Below, in pieces: positions 21,800-34,912 of a stretch of 64,000 nucleotides of DNA. The DNA lies in the NCBI RefSeq assembly GCF_006345805.1, contig NC_043003.1, forward strand, positions 92,256,001-92,320,000. Reading direction: 5' to 3'. The notes beneath the pieces were generated by a model, which was not told the origin of the DNA, ran no database searches, and saw nothing but the letters and a program-made list of their open reading frames with translations. A program made the position numbers and the translations under genes. How positions within the stretch are numbered: the first letter of the stretch is position 1; each line of letters opens with the position of its first letter. Source of the DNA: Octopus sinensis. Lineage: Eukaryota.

Positions 21800-24700
21800 T
21801 TAAGGTGGAGGTTAGGACAATACAAGAGACGGGCGTGATTGATTGAGGAATACACATTGGATGAGTCAACCGAAGGTGGTGTGCTCCGCACTGATCCAGT
21901 TTCCAAGTCCTTTTCACACGTGGGGTGGGTCTTCGAAATAATACTCCCAAGGTATGAGAAGTATTCAGCTTCTTCTAGGGATTGGGCGTTGATGCTAACG
22001 TTCGTAGGTGAACTGTTCTGGCCTGGTGCAGGTTGGATCAGGGTCTTGGTCTTTAATATATTTCCATATAAGCGTTCATAAGCCACGTTGTAAAGACCGG
22101 CCGTCCTTTGTAGGCCATCTACAATCCGGCTCGGTGTGGCATTGTCGTCGGCATAATGCACCTCACGGACTGAGATGGCGGAGGTCTTCGTCTTTGCGCG
22201 GAGACGTGCGAGATTGAAGAGTCCACCATCTAAGCGATAGCGCATGTTGATGGAAGGTGAGTCCAGTGGGATTTCGTTGAACATGGCGGCCATGTACAAA
22301 GAGAAACAGGTTGGTGCAAGAATGCATACTTGCTTAAGGCCCTCCCCCCAGTGATGGGAAACGAGTATGAGAGGGCATTTTGATGGAAAACCCTACCCAC
22401 CATGCTGTCGTGAAGGGAGCGAACCAGGGCAATGACGTCCCACATTTCAGGTTTTCTTTAGATCCCAGAAGAAGAACATTGCGGGCTGTTGTTCTTGACA
22501 TTTCTCCTGATCATGTCGATTGTGCCTTGAGAGAGTCGAAGGCCACACTGGGACTCAGGGAGGACGTCTTCAGCGAGAATGAGGAGGAGATTGAGTAGGA
22601 TACCAGCGAAGATCTTGCTTGCAATACCCAGGAGTGAGATGTCCCGATAGTTGTTGCAATCCTTTCGGTTTCCCTTTTTGTAGATAGTGATGGTAGTTGC
22701 ATCGCGGAAGTCTTTCCCAGATCTTGAGAAGGAGCGTCAGATGATTTCTGAGCTCAGGACTTCCATGCGTGAAAAACTCAAATGGGATGTTGTCTGGTCC
22801 CGGAGCTTTGCCCGGCTTCATGGGTGGCAGGGACATCCGCTGGCGGATGGAGAGCTGTGGGGTGTTTTGGAGGAGATCGTCTGTAGTGCGTGAGTGGTCA
22901 TTAAGTAGGATCTCGAAATGGGACTTCCAACGAGAATTCCTTGGGTGTCGATTATCGAAGAGCCAGCTGCGTTCTTCAGGTCACCCACTGATGACCTTGT
23001 GGTGCGAAGATCTCATTGGTTGCGGCATAAAAGCGGCGCACGTCTCGTTGGTCCGCATAGTTTTGCATCTCCCCTGCTTTTTTCTGCCACCCGATGTTCT
23101 GAGCTTCTTCAACTCCTCGCTGGCATTCTGCTAATGCTTGCTGGTGTTTTCGTTTGTTCTCTGCAGTGGCATGGTTCTAGAAGGTGAGGCGCATCCGGAA
23201 TTTGACTTTGTTGAGACAGGAAATGGTTTCATCATTCTCGTCAAACCAGTCTTGGTTCTTCTTCTGGGCAAAGCCAATCATCTACTCAGCGGCAGCGGTC
23301 ATGACACCATGAAGGCTGGTCCAGCAAACCTCAATGGAGGTCGGCTCCGGGGAGTCCATCAGGTGTCTCTCAATGGATTCCCTGAAGATCTGGGATGCCT
23401 GTGAGTTCTGGAGTTTGGTGCAGTCGAAGCGTCGGCGAGGTATGTTTGCTGAGACTCACTTTTGTGGAAGGCATAACTTGATGTCAGGCGAGAAATTAGA
23501 AGGCGGTGATCTGTCCTGCAGCCATCTGCACCAGACATGGAGCAGGTGATGCGTACATCTCGCCTGTTCTTGGATTTTGTCAGATCGTAGTCGAGGATGT
23601 ACTAGTGTTTAGACCGTGGGTGTTTCCAGGTCGTCTTTTGTCGGGTAGGGAGTTGGTGATGATGAGTTCGTGCTCGGTGCAAAGAAGGAGCTGGCCATTG
23701 GCATTGCATTTCCCAACGCCGTGATGACCAAAAGTGTCGTTCCACAGACAATGGTCACTGTCGACTCTGCCGTTAAAGGCCCCCAACACGACGAGTTTGT
23801 CATGCGTGGGGACTGTCTGGATGGTGCGGTCCAGCACATTGTAGAACGAAGCCTTGACATCGTCTTAAGATGTGAGAATAGGGTACACAGAGATTAGCGT
23901 AAGGTATCTGTCTCGAATGAGCGAGACTCGAACAGTCATCAGGCGCTTGCCGGCAGCAGTTGGGATGTGTCTGTTTTGATCCACGAGTTTCGTTTCGATG
24001 GCAAGACCAACTCCATTGATGTGTCGTTCGTTAGCATCAGAGAAGCCAGCTTCTCTGATTCTGCCTCCTCCGGGAAGCCTAGTCTCGCTTAAGGCTGCCA
24101 CATCGATGTTGAAGCGGGTAAGTTCCTTGCAGACGAAGGCTGTACGTAGCTCCGGACGATTAATGTCACTCTTGTTCTGGAAAGTGCGGATGTTCCAAGC
24201 CCCGAAAGTGAGAGGTTGCGAAACAAAGCATTTAGTAGTCAATGGTGGACGAACAGAAGTAGAGTTCCGACCGCTGAGCGGAAGGTCCGCCAGCCGCGGT
24301 ATGCTGGCCAGATCGAGTTGCCGCGTCCGATGTTTACCCCATCTTTTCTAGGGCTCCCCCTTAAGGGGTAGGTTGCGGTAATCCTAAAGAGGCCAGCCCA
24401 GTCACGAGTCCAGCTGCCGAACTCCAATGTCACAGCTATTCATTGGAGAGCAACCATCTAAGATTCGCCGCCAATGTGTAGTCACGGAGTAAAGGCTTCC
24501 AGCTTTCCAGACTTACCTTCGGCGCCCGCGATACCATCAGCATTGGGCATTTTTGTTTTGATACTCAAAGAGTAGAAAGACGAATTTAGTCGCTGAGTAA
24601 ATTGTTTGAGGTGATTGTGGCTGCGCGACGGCCACGCGCACGCACTTGACCAAGAACTTCTCCACTGCGGCTCAAAGAACTGAGACGTGCAGTCTTGTTG

Positions 24701-24890
24701 AGGTTGGTTGCAGCGAGCTGCCGGAGTCCATTCGCCTTTATCCCGCCTACCCGCCAGGTATTACACTCTTTCGCCGGAGTCTCTGAATGAGGGGTTGAGA
24801 TTGACCTCCACTACCTGCTTCGCCGTTGGGGTCTAGATGCTGGTGTTTGGTCGTGTTTAGTCTGGGACCTCATCCTCGACCTTGCCGACC
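21800..24890 (-). mobile_element. RTE/BovB-like LINE relic (5' UTR, AP endonuclease, RT), internally deleted and 3' truncated
   Basis: LTFGAWNIRT, DVAALSETRL, DKLVVLGAFNGRVD (APE); RYRLDGGLFNLARLRAKTK...HYADD (RT). Many stops and frameshifts. Confidence 0.92.
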
Positions 24891-25045
24891 GGCCGAAATA
24901 CTTAGCGGTATTTCATCTGTCTTTACGTTCTGAGTTCAAATTCCGCCGAGGTCGACTTTGCCTTTCGTTCTTTCGGGGTCGATAAATTAAGTACCAGTTG
25001 CATACTGGGGTCGATCCAATCGACGGGCCTTGTGCCAAGAGTGTG
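24890..25045 (+). mobile_element. SINE family A, 5' truncated
   Basis: Near-consensus core gttctgagttcaaattccgccgaggtcgactttgcc. Confidence 0.85.
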
Positions 25046-25075
25046 AAAGAATATAAGTCGGTGTATCCAATTGTG

Positions 25076-25134
<59 letters not shown>

Positions 25135-25337
25135 TGCATGCATACATAAATATATATATGTATGAATATATATATATATATAATCGACTGGCACCCTCCT
25201 CACCAAATTTTGGGACACAGTATTGAGTTATAAACCTTACATGCTTGGTAGTATATTATGGTTGCAAAATGAAACAGGGTATTCCATATATTAATATTAG
25301 ATTTATAAGCCCTAGAATTCATTCCATAATTCCCCAC

Positions 25338-25565
25338 GGGCATATGGCGTAGTGGTTAAGAGCGCGAGCTACTAACCCCAAGATTCCGAGTTCGATTCCA
25401 GGCAGTGACCTGAATAATAATAATAATAATAACATCGAAAAATGAGAACCCAGGTTCGAAATTTCACCAAGACACCTGATAAAGGCTGGAGGGTACATCA
25501 GCCGAAATGTCGTGTTAACAACAAACAAGATGAGGACAAATATCCGTCAAATGTAAATAATGTAT
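25338..25565 (+). mobile_element. tRNA-headed SINE-like element containing a hammerhead ribozyme motif
   Basis: A box tggcgtagtgg (25345), B box gagttcgattcc (25388), (AAT)n linker, hammerhead fold at 25471-25516. Confidence 0.75.
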
Positions 25566-26107
25566 TTAAGCAATGTATTCGTAGATAGTTAATTGGTTAG
25601 ATGTGGTGTTGAAGAAAGAGCAATATGAATATACACTAATTACCTATTTTCTGTCTTCGATTACATCGTTTACTTAGAAGTATTCATATACGAAACGTTG
25701 TAACTCTCAAAACTGGTTCTAAATTCTATTGAAAATCTATAGAAATACATTTAAAAAATATACAAAACGGAGACTAAAAATGAAAAACAAAAAAAAAATG
25801 AGAAACCTAATAGTTAAATAATTGGTGCTAGCTAATGAAAACTAATTGCTCGAAGACTAAGCTATACGAATGCAATCGTATAGTCGTGAGAGAGAAAAAG
25901 CAGCGCACGAAGCAAGGGAACGTATGTTTGCAGGAGTGTAATAATATCATCTTCCTGTCGCTCGTTGTAATTTTATGATAATGAGGAACCTCGGGGCGAT
26001 TCTCAAAATGGTTTACTGGAAATGGTTGGGTGGCAACAATTCCATGTTAATATGTTTTGTACTGTATGCAATGTACACACACACACACAAACACAAGCAC
26101 ATAGAGT

Positions 26108-26480
26108 GCGATGGGTGAATTGTCGTCATTTTATACTTTTTATTTCGCGCATGTGCATTGTTTGTTTCCGATTTTGTTGGGCGCCGTCTGTGAAAAAAAA
26201 CAAACAAACACAAGAAAACAGTACCATGACGCAATTCATTCTGCCAGAAATTTGGAAACGACATGCTGTGCTGCTTGGCATTTGCGCTGGAAGCTCCAAA
26301 TCGAACATTTCAGAGTGTTTGGGTATCAATCTGAGGACAGTGCAGAAGATCCGGAAGGAGTTGGTCGAGCTTAATGGTGATTCCGAAGATACGACAGACG
26401 GAAAACTCAGTCTGATCGCTCTGATAAGAAAAGAACTCCTGAATTTGTCGCCAGGGACATGGGAGTGTCTGAGTTTTTTA
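26108..26480 (+). mobile_element. 5' fragment of a maT-like transposon
   Basis: Homologous to 54800-55080; MTQFILPEIWKRHAVLLGICAG HTH-like N-terminus. Confidence 0.75.
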
Positions 26481-26549
26481 TTCTTTAGGAGAGGCAGTTA
26501 AAACTCTCCTAGTTTATTGAAATTTTAGTTATGGAGTAGGAGCGTTAAG

Positions 26550-26924
26550 CAGTGATATGTATAAATGCTATGTTACTACCAGTTCAAATATGCTTGTGAC
26601 ACATTTGGACAAATAAACAAGCCATTCACTGTATTTTCTCATGGAGAAAATTTCTCGCTGTTGACATCGCACGATGATTGAAATAGTATAAGAGAATCAC
26701 TATCCTTCATCAGTTTGCATCGCCCTCCGTCCAGTGTCTGTGACCGAAGAGGAGATAATCACTCCGAAATGCTGCATCTCACTGTTTGGAAAGAGGGCGC
26801 TGTCAACAGCGAGAAATTTTCTCCAGGACAAAACACAGTGAATGACTTGTTTATTAGTCCATAGTGCCACAAACATATTTGAACTGGTAGTGACATAGCA
26901 TTGTAATTTTAGTATATCATTACT
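26550..26924. mobile_element. MITE-like element with about 110-bp terminal inverted repeats
   Basis: 26565-26666 is the reverse complement of 26801-26901 (about 85-90% identical by eye). Confidence 0.75.
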
Positions 26925-27029
26925 ATACATCTAGTAATCTGGTCTGCCAACTTTTAGGCTGAAGGAGACGGCTGCATCAGCACCCTGAATACACCTTATT
27001 AAACACCATTTGTTATATTGTTGACTAGG

Positions 27030-27662
27030 TTACAGAATACGGTCGAGACGTGAAGGCAATTTGGTCGCTCGCTATGCAATAAAGCTTTGTGTTAAACTGG
27101 GTAAAAACGCTACAGAAGCTTATGAAATGCACTATACTGCTTACGTATTAACTTGCATGACTGAGCATCTATTTTTCGTTGGCACAAGAGGCCAACAAAG
27201 CAAGTCTATGATGATCTCTTTTGGGACAGTAAGGGACATCATATACATGCAGTGGATTCCCTCTAACCAGACGGTCAACAAAGAATACTTTGTGCAGATT
27301 TTGAGGGAGCTCAGTAAAAGATTTCGTTGCAAAAGCCCAGGGCGCCTGCACCATGACAACGCACAGTCGACAATTTCACCCTGTTAGAGATGGGCATCGA
27401 AATTGTTTCTCACCCTCTCTGAAGTCTCAGGTCTTCAAGTTATTCTTCAAGCTGAAGGAGAAGACGAAGGAGGTAGTTACAAGGATCCTGGATACCTTCA
27501 TTTTGGAGGATTCCATAGGACCATCACAAAATGGCTGGAGCGCTACACGAATTGCATTCATGTCAGAGGCTACTACTTTAAAGGATATTAGTTTTGTACT
27601 TGTTTTAAATTGATAAATGTCTCTCCTGAAGAAATCTGAAAACTTCTGGAATGCACCTTGTA
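27030..27662 (+). mobile_element. Internally deleted mariner element
   Basis: RYAIKLCVKLGKNATEAYEM, VNKEYFVQILREL, LHHDNA motifs. 3' end matches 17340-17440. Confidence 0.8.
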
Positions 27663-28489
27663 GGTCTGTCATGAGTCCTGAGACTCAAGGCCAGAGCTTA
27701 ATTCGGTTTCCTTGGCGTAAAGTGACTGAGTTTACAAGTCTTCCTGCACGGGCTGCGCAGGTCCGTCGCAGGGTTAACTTTCCAGATGTTACTGAACCTT
27801 TTTTACAACTGAGTGGACTGGAGCAACGTAAAATGAAGTATTTTACACAAGAACAACATACCGCCCAGTCAGGCAACCAAAACCATTAGCATACTATTGT
27901 GGCTATAACATTCGAACCACTAGTCCAGGTACATTCACTCATAAATTTTTTTTTTTAATCACCAGATCACCCTCACTTCCCTATCCGGTATTCCAGATAT
28001 CCCATTTCAAATTATCCTCTTTTGCTCTGTAGAACACTATAGATAAATAAATGAATGCATGATTAATAAACTCACCTTATCATATATGTATTGTTTTCCG
28101 ATTTAAACTAACCAATTTCGCCATGTCCTAGTTTATGTATACTATAAACAACTATAAGACGACTAATTAATAAGAATGAAAACTAATCAGATTGACTCCA
28201 CTTTCTCTCACAAAGAGAAAAATTCCCGGGTTGTTATAGTTTTGTTTACTGTTTTTACGCATCCCCCGATATTGGGGGATGCGTTCTATGCCTTGACCCG
28301 ACCATAGGACGGAACTCGCCTCTTTGAACTGGGAAATGAATGGAATGCCTGGGGTGTGTTTTGTTGTGGCTACCACCTTCTAAAAGAATGGGGAATAGAC
28401 CTGGGTATATGTATGTATAAAATGTCTGTTTATTTACAAGTATACTCTACTTATATTATAGCTCAAGTCTAAAACGCTGTGTAGTGCGT

Positions 28490-29570
28490 TATTAATGTCT
28501 GTATCGACTAGACTACCAGATATTGTTATACATCGCTGGTCAAAAAGCGCTTCCAATTCTTTCTTGATTGCGCCATTGTTTTCCATCTTACGCTAAATCA
28601 CTTCAATAAATTGTTTTCCCATTATCGTAGAGGTCTTCTAAGCTAAGTGGCTTCTTTCGATCTCTTGGATATCACTCGGCGTTTGCGCCACGGGTTGTCG
28701 GTGTACTTTGCGACATGTCCGACCTAGCATAATTATGCTTTCAGTATACTGCAATCATATTAACTCCGCTCTGTTGCCGAATTATCTCATTTCGAATACG
28801 CTCTCGTAATGATATTCCTAGCATGGATCCTTCCATGGTCCTTTATGTTATAGCCAATCAATATTCTTCCCTCGTATTAATAGCCTACATGTGTGTATAA
28901 GAGCACAAGTAGGACGGTGCTGTTGAACAGTCTAGCACGTTTGATATTGTCTAGCTTTGCTTTGAGTACAACCTTTATTGAGGTAAACGTCTTCCATTCT
29001 GCCTTATTCTCTTTGAGATTTCGGTATCCATATTTCATTGCATATTCACTGTGTGCCGTAAGTAGATGCCCTTTACTTCTACGATTTCATTCCCACCCCC
29101 ATTCGGCTTTGACCTGCGTCTCCCGACCGCATGTATTTTGTCTTCATGCGGTTCATTTTAAAGTCTACTGTTGAGCAATGGTTGTCGAGTTCTGTCAGCA
29201 TAGTCTGCATCTGAGATGTAGTTTCGGCCATAGTTCAACATCTGCAAACCGGAGGTGTGTTTGTAGCTCATCGTTGATGCTCACGCCACCTGTCCAGTCA
29301 ATGTCTCTGATGACCATTTCTAGACATACAATGAAGAGCTTTGGAGGTTGGCATCTCATGGTTTGATGCCCTTCCGAATTGGAACTCTTACTGGTAGCGA
29401 TAGCAGAGCTATATCTGTTGTGCATCCAGAATTCGCATTTCTGAACAGTTTGATGTATTGCATCTCGACACCTTGCATTCGACGGTATTCGATTATTTCA
29501 CATCGAGAGTATTTCAACCTCCTTCAGATAGCGAATGAAGCGTAGAATGATTATTTTTATAGCTCTTCAC
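28490..29570 (-). mobile_element. 3' portion of an RTE-clade LINE
   Basis: PKLF..CLEMVIRDIDWTGGVSINDELQTHLRFAD and GHVAKYTDNPW...RRPLR.W motifs on the minus strand. Confidence 0.85.
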
Positions 29571-29992
29571 TTTCGCACTTTAACATAGTGGTGCAACAGT
29601 GACAATGGTTGTTCGGTAGCTATGCCCTACTAGGTCCAGCTAAGCTACAGAGATACCGGACAACTGAGTTCATAGTATATGCGATAGAGGTTGAAAGCTA
29701 GCCAAACTGAAAAGTTAATCATGGCCTGATCGCCTAGCCAGCATGGTGACTTCATTTCAAAGCTACAATGCGAAGAAATAGACCTCAGTATACTGCAGGC
29801 TAATCTAACTGAAGAGAAGGGGAAAATCAGAAACGATGTGCTAGGGTTCTGCGAAGCACTTCAAAGGAAATAAATAAATGCTAGATGGACAGATGGAAGT
29901 GTTGTGAGTGTCTTTGAGCTAAGTAACGAGGACGTAAGCACACCAACATCGGTTGTCAAGCGATGGTGGGGATACAAACACACACACACACA

Positions 29993-30025
<33 letters not shown>

Positions 30026-30819
30026 GAAGGTGCGAAAGCAACAAGCCGTGAACGATTCGACGTTAGCAAAGAATGGGTTTCGAAAATCGTCTCCTACCAA
30101 TTGTCTTCTTCACGCATCAGAGTGCTAAATGTTTGTCACTCAGGAAATACTATCCAGGAGACCATCCAGACCTATGCTCTCACATCATGTGTGTACATGC
30201 GAACATAAATAGAAAGGTGTTAAACTGTCAACTTGCCGAGTATGCAACTTCGGATCAATTCCCGATTGATCTATACTATTTTATATACGTCCTAACACAC
30301 TTAATTTCCAGCTATATTAAGATATTTTACACCCTTCGTCTCTTAACCATTTCATGAAGACTACGTGGTCCGACACAACGAGGGATCATCTCTATGGCTG
30401 TTCCAGCTACTAGAAATTATTGCTAAATTTCACTTTGAAATTATCCCACCCCGTCATTCTTTAAAAATAAATACTGTAACCATTCGGGTTATGGTATCTT
30501 TTTACTACATATTTTTACTATGTATTTTAACATATCATTAACTATAGTGGCAACCACAAAAACAATAACAATAACATGAAAAATATCAAATATCAGATAA
30601 AAAATGAGGAGAAAGCAAAATACCAAAGACTTGAAATCTTAGGAAGCAACAGTTAGATATCGGCATTGTGAGAAACTATGGAAGTTGTTGAAAAGAAATA
30701 ATAGAAGCTTGCACCGATGATAATATATATATGTGTTTGTGTGTGTGTGTGTTAAATAAAATGAGAAAACTAAGCCAAGGCTGTGTGGAATTTTCAGGAC
30801 ATTTATAAAGAGAAAGTTA

Positions 30820-30867
30820 GTCTTACAGCTGTTTCTGGGATATTAGGGATATCTCTTCACCAGAGAC
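30820..30867 (-). ncRNA. Minimal type I hammerhead-like motif, core CUGGUGA
   Basis: Minus strand: GUCU-CUGGUGA-AGAGAUAU-CCCUA-AUAUCCCA-GAA-ACAGCUGU-A-AGAC. Confidence 0.55.
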
Positions 30868-30970
30868 GATGTGAGATGGTTAAGTAGAGTTCAATATAAG
30901 GAGCTATTTTAGAAAAGGATGGAAATAAGAAGTATAAAGGGAAATAACAGAATAAAAGGAAAAAGAGAAT

Positions 30971-31046
<76 letters not shown>

Positions 31047-31989
31047 CACCACACATATGTATATGCAAATATATAATTAAAAAATTACCATTTCAATAGC
31101 ATTGTGTCATGAACCATATTATCTAATGTTTCCGACGTTGTTCAAGAAGAGTGAAATTTTGAGGCTATTTCTAGAGGTAGAGCCATCACGTGGCATGTTA
31201 CGCTGTCTCGTATATAGAGATCTCGTATATAGTGTGTTAGATTATAGTTTAGTATGGGAATGCGATTGATTACATTTTCCATACTTTAAATGAACGTCAG
31301 CTCCTGTCATTGGAAAGAACTTGTGAGCGTGAATCAGCTCTGATTCCCTGATAGATACTAATCCGATACTTTCGTGAGGTGACACAAGATCAGAAGCAAC
31401 TGTAGACGGTAGAATGTATATTAATTACAGCCTTTTTTGTCGTCTAACGTAGAGGAATAGTTGTGCATGACCAACGTTTTCATTTTGTTGCTTAATACGT
31501 ATCACAATATCTCAATACGCTTAATTTCGCAGTTCGGATTCTTCTATTGGTAGAAGATCAGACTTAATTGAGTAGTTAACCTAAGTTCATCACACACACC
31601 TGCAGGACTATTGACTCAATTTTTCTGATAAAAATCAAAACAAACTTAGGTTAACAATTTAATTTTTAGAGTCTCAACGTATTTCTGCTCAGAAATCTCT
31701 GGTTGGCAAATAAGGTACACGGGAGAACTATGAATAATAAATGGTAGTTAGGGAGCCAATGATAAGGTTAGGCGCGAATAAATTATGTTCCACCTAATCT
31801 GTAACAATATGGCATTGTGCTGCGGTTGATAACAGATAAGCTAGAGGAGTTTTTGTAAAACATATCGCATCTCTAAAGACATAAAAACGAGTAGCATAAA
31901 CGACTTTGGAAGAGTTTCTTCATTATCAAATATAAAGGTTGTGTTATTGGAGTTAAGATGTGTGTGGTGAATTCTATGTTGGCCACCAA

Positions 31990-32477
31990 TGGAAAACGTG
32001 TCCTACAATGAGCAGCTATGCTCTACCGAGCCTCGTCAAAAGTTCTTTCTCTTTCAGCAGTATTATCTGCCCAGTCTCCTCTACGGACTGACACAAAAGA
32101 TGTCTGCTAAAGTGACACTCGAGAGAAGAGGTGGGCGTCGCAGCCCGCCCAGGGAGTATTTGTGGCCACCTTCAAGTCTGACCCGATTGGAAACAGGTGG
32201 GTGATACAACCGGGAGGAATTTCTGAGGAGTGTTACTTGGGAGTGCCTGATCCGTGGGGTGCCACTCGGGAGTGCCTGACCCGTGGAGGCCGAGGCGATA
32301 ACACCTGCCGGCGTTGCGGCAGCGCGTCCGAAACAATCTCCCACACCAGTGGCCAGTGTCTGCGTCTAAAAACACAGAGGCTGGTCAGGCACACATGAAT
32401 CTATCGGCTGGTGGCTAGAGAGGCCAAGCGTTACGGCTGGGTAGTCGGCTGGGAGCTAGTCTACCGCGTATCTGCGA
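31990..32477 (+). mobile_element. R2-like non-LTR retrotransposon fragment (post-RT region and CCHC knuckle)
   Basis: QKFFLFQQYYLPSLLYGL, then TRECLTRG...CRRCGSASETISHTSGQC...RH..YRLVAREAKRYGW. Confidence 0.75.
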
Positions 32478-32950
32478 CCAGGCTTGCGTTCAGGATATTG
32501 GTTCAGATCGTTCGCCAGGGTCGTTAGGCAACGATCAGCAGTTGCGGTGCGGTGTTCCGTTACGATCGAGTTCGAATGTCCTCCGTTGCCATGCCGGATC
32601 TCTGTCACTGTCGTACCCGTCTGTCAGTGACTCGGTTTCGTTGTCCGACCGGTAGGCAATCAATGCCGCATCGTACATCTCGCAGCTCCCATTGGTTTAA
32701 CCGTCAGTCCCGTACACAGTTGCGCGTACTTCGAGCCCACGATTCCCTCCATTTCCATCGCAGGGCTAGGTCTCAGGTACGCAGTAGACCGGCTGCCAGC
32801 CGACTACCCAACCGTAACGCTCGGCCTGCCTAGCCACCAGCCGGCAGATTCGTGTGTGCCTGGCCAGCCCCTGCATTTTTAGACGCGGACACTGGTGTGG
32901 GAGATTGTTTCGGACACGCTGCCGCAACGCCGGCAGGTGTTATCGCCTCG
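32478..32950 (-). mobile_element. Second R2-like fragment in inverted orientation
   Basis: 32771-32950 is the reverse complement of 32291-32477. The minus strand continues into a degenerate endonuclease-like segment (GSKYAQL). Confidence 0.7.
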
Positions 32951-33879
32951 AGTAGCAACCCTAATATAGTAACAATGTCAACATGAATGTAGTTGGGGGC
33001 TAAACCCTTTTTCTACAGCTACTTGATAATACCACAATTTTCAGAAGTCGTTACCAGTTACTGTTGAAATCTTCTTTGAACAGTCAGATGTCAGTTTAGC
33101 TGGAAAGAAACAATGCAGTTATTAATAAAAAGGGTTGAAATTAATGCATGCAAAATTTCGCAGCTCTAGCACCACTCCTTCATAGTCAGGCTATCCTTGT
33201 ATAAATGGAAACCAGTAAAGTGTGTTCATTATCTTCTCTTCTAGAAACAAGTGGTAGAATAGTTACGGCATTGTAGTCTAGAAACGTATTGTCTATAAGG
33301 CAGATAGGTAGATTAAAGTCACAGAAAGGAACGAAGGGTTCAGATAACACGTGAAGCTGCTCACTTTACTCTCAGTGTGAAAGTCATTTATAACAGCTTT
33401 ATCGAAGTCGACGTGTTACCTTGGTATTAACAAATGGTGGATATCTCGATACCACATCCGTTTACTGAATTTCTAGAGTGATTGATACTTATTGAGGTAG
33501 TGGATCAATTTTTCTTTTTTACTGCAGAAATTGTCTTGTTTTGTAATTACTTTATCTTTTCTCTTCTTTCTTAATCACTGGTTGGAAATAAAAGTATATA
33601 AAAGAAAGTGGGCTGATATATGTATTTGTTTTTTCTTCTTCTTAGTTCATTCGTAGCACCACAATACATAGAGATCACCAGCTTCATCTTCTTCGTTGTT
33701 GTCGTCGTCATCATGGTCAACATCATCATATTCATTGTCATCATAACAGTCATAACCATCATCATCATTAACATCATAGTCATCATTGTCATCAAAGCAA
33801 TCATCATCATCATCATCATCATCAACGTCATCGTTAGGGGAGGGGGCTAAGTCAATTAAATCAAACTTAGTGCTCAACT

Positions 33880-34005
33880 GGCACTTACTTCATCGACCCC
33901 GACAGGATGAAAGGCAAAGTCGACCCCGGCGGCATTTGAACCCACAACGTAAAGACGATCAAAATACCGTTCGGTATTTTGTCTGACGTGATAACGACTC
34001 TGCCA
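33880..34005 (-). mobile_element. SINE family A
   Basis: Reverse complement of the family A core. Confidence 0.75.
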
Positions 34006-34699
34006 ACCCATCATCAACGTCATCACTATCGTCAGTATCGTCCTCCACCACCACCACCACCACAACCGCCATGGTCACGATCATCATCAGGATCATAATC
34101 CTCCTCCTCCATTATCATCCTCATCATCATCATCATCATCATCATCACCCCCCCCCCCATCATCGCCTGGGTTCGCTACCACAATCGTATCTAAGAACAA
34201 GCAAATGAATATACACACTTTATATACATACGTTTCGATTTGCTCTTGTCTTGCTTGTTCATTAATCAAAGCCATGAAAAATAAAAAATAAAAGAAGGTG
34301 ATTGCCCTTAATATGACAATCCAGAAATTATGGAGAGCTTTCAGTTAATTTTCTGACACCATTAATAAAATATGTCTTTGGAAACAACGAATTTTTTTTA
34401 GGTAAACTTTCAATTTTATATTGATGGCTTCAACACTGTTTTCAAATATTTTTCCTCGGTATATTTGAGCTTATAGTTTGCCGATAATAGAGGAGATGCT
34501 GTTTTTGTTTTTAGATAAGCATTTTTATTGCTTTGTCATTAATCATAACATATGTGGGAAAGCTTAGGCTAAATATTGTTCAGTAAAGAAATGGAACTGT
34601 GCTGTCTTTCGTTTTCATAGATAATTCCTGTTGAAGCTAACTTTGTCTTTCAATGACTCAACTATTTTCCAGTAATAAATTCACTGAGAGAAGACGGGG

Positions 34700-34912
34700 A
34701 GCTGATAGAATCGTTATTACGCTGGGTAAAATACTAAAAAACCTAACAGCACTTCGTCTGTCCTTACGTTCTGAGTTCAAATGCCGCCGGGGTCAACTCT
34801 GCGTTTAATGTTCTCAGGGTCGATAAAATAAATACCAGTCGAGCTTTGGGGTCTAGTTAATCTACTTAACCCCCTCCCCTGAAATTGCTGGCCTTGTGCC
34901 AAAATTTGAAAT
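34700..34912 (+). mobile_element. SINE family A
   Basis: Head plus core and tail ccccctccc...ccttgtgccaaaatttgaa. Confidence 0.75.

Noticed and set aside
24243-24890. HDV-like ribozyme in the RTE 5' UTR
   Set aside because: Expected from some RTE families, but I could not fit the nested double pseudoknot by eye.
25338-25410. Functional tRNA gene (also other tRNA-like heads)
   Set aside because: A and B boxes are present but there is no complete cloverleaf with an acceptor stem; these are SINE heads.
25670-25703. Decayed hammerhead-like fold (ttac...gtat-tcat-atac-gaaacgtt-gtaa)
   Set aside because: Stems fit but the CUGANGA core is missing.
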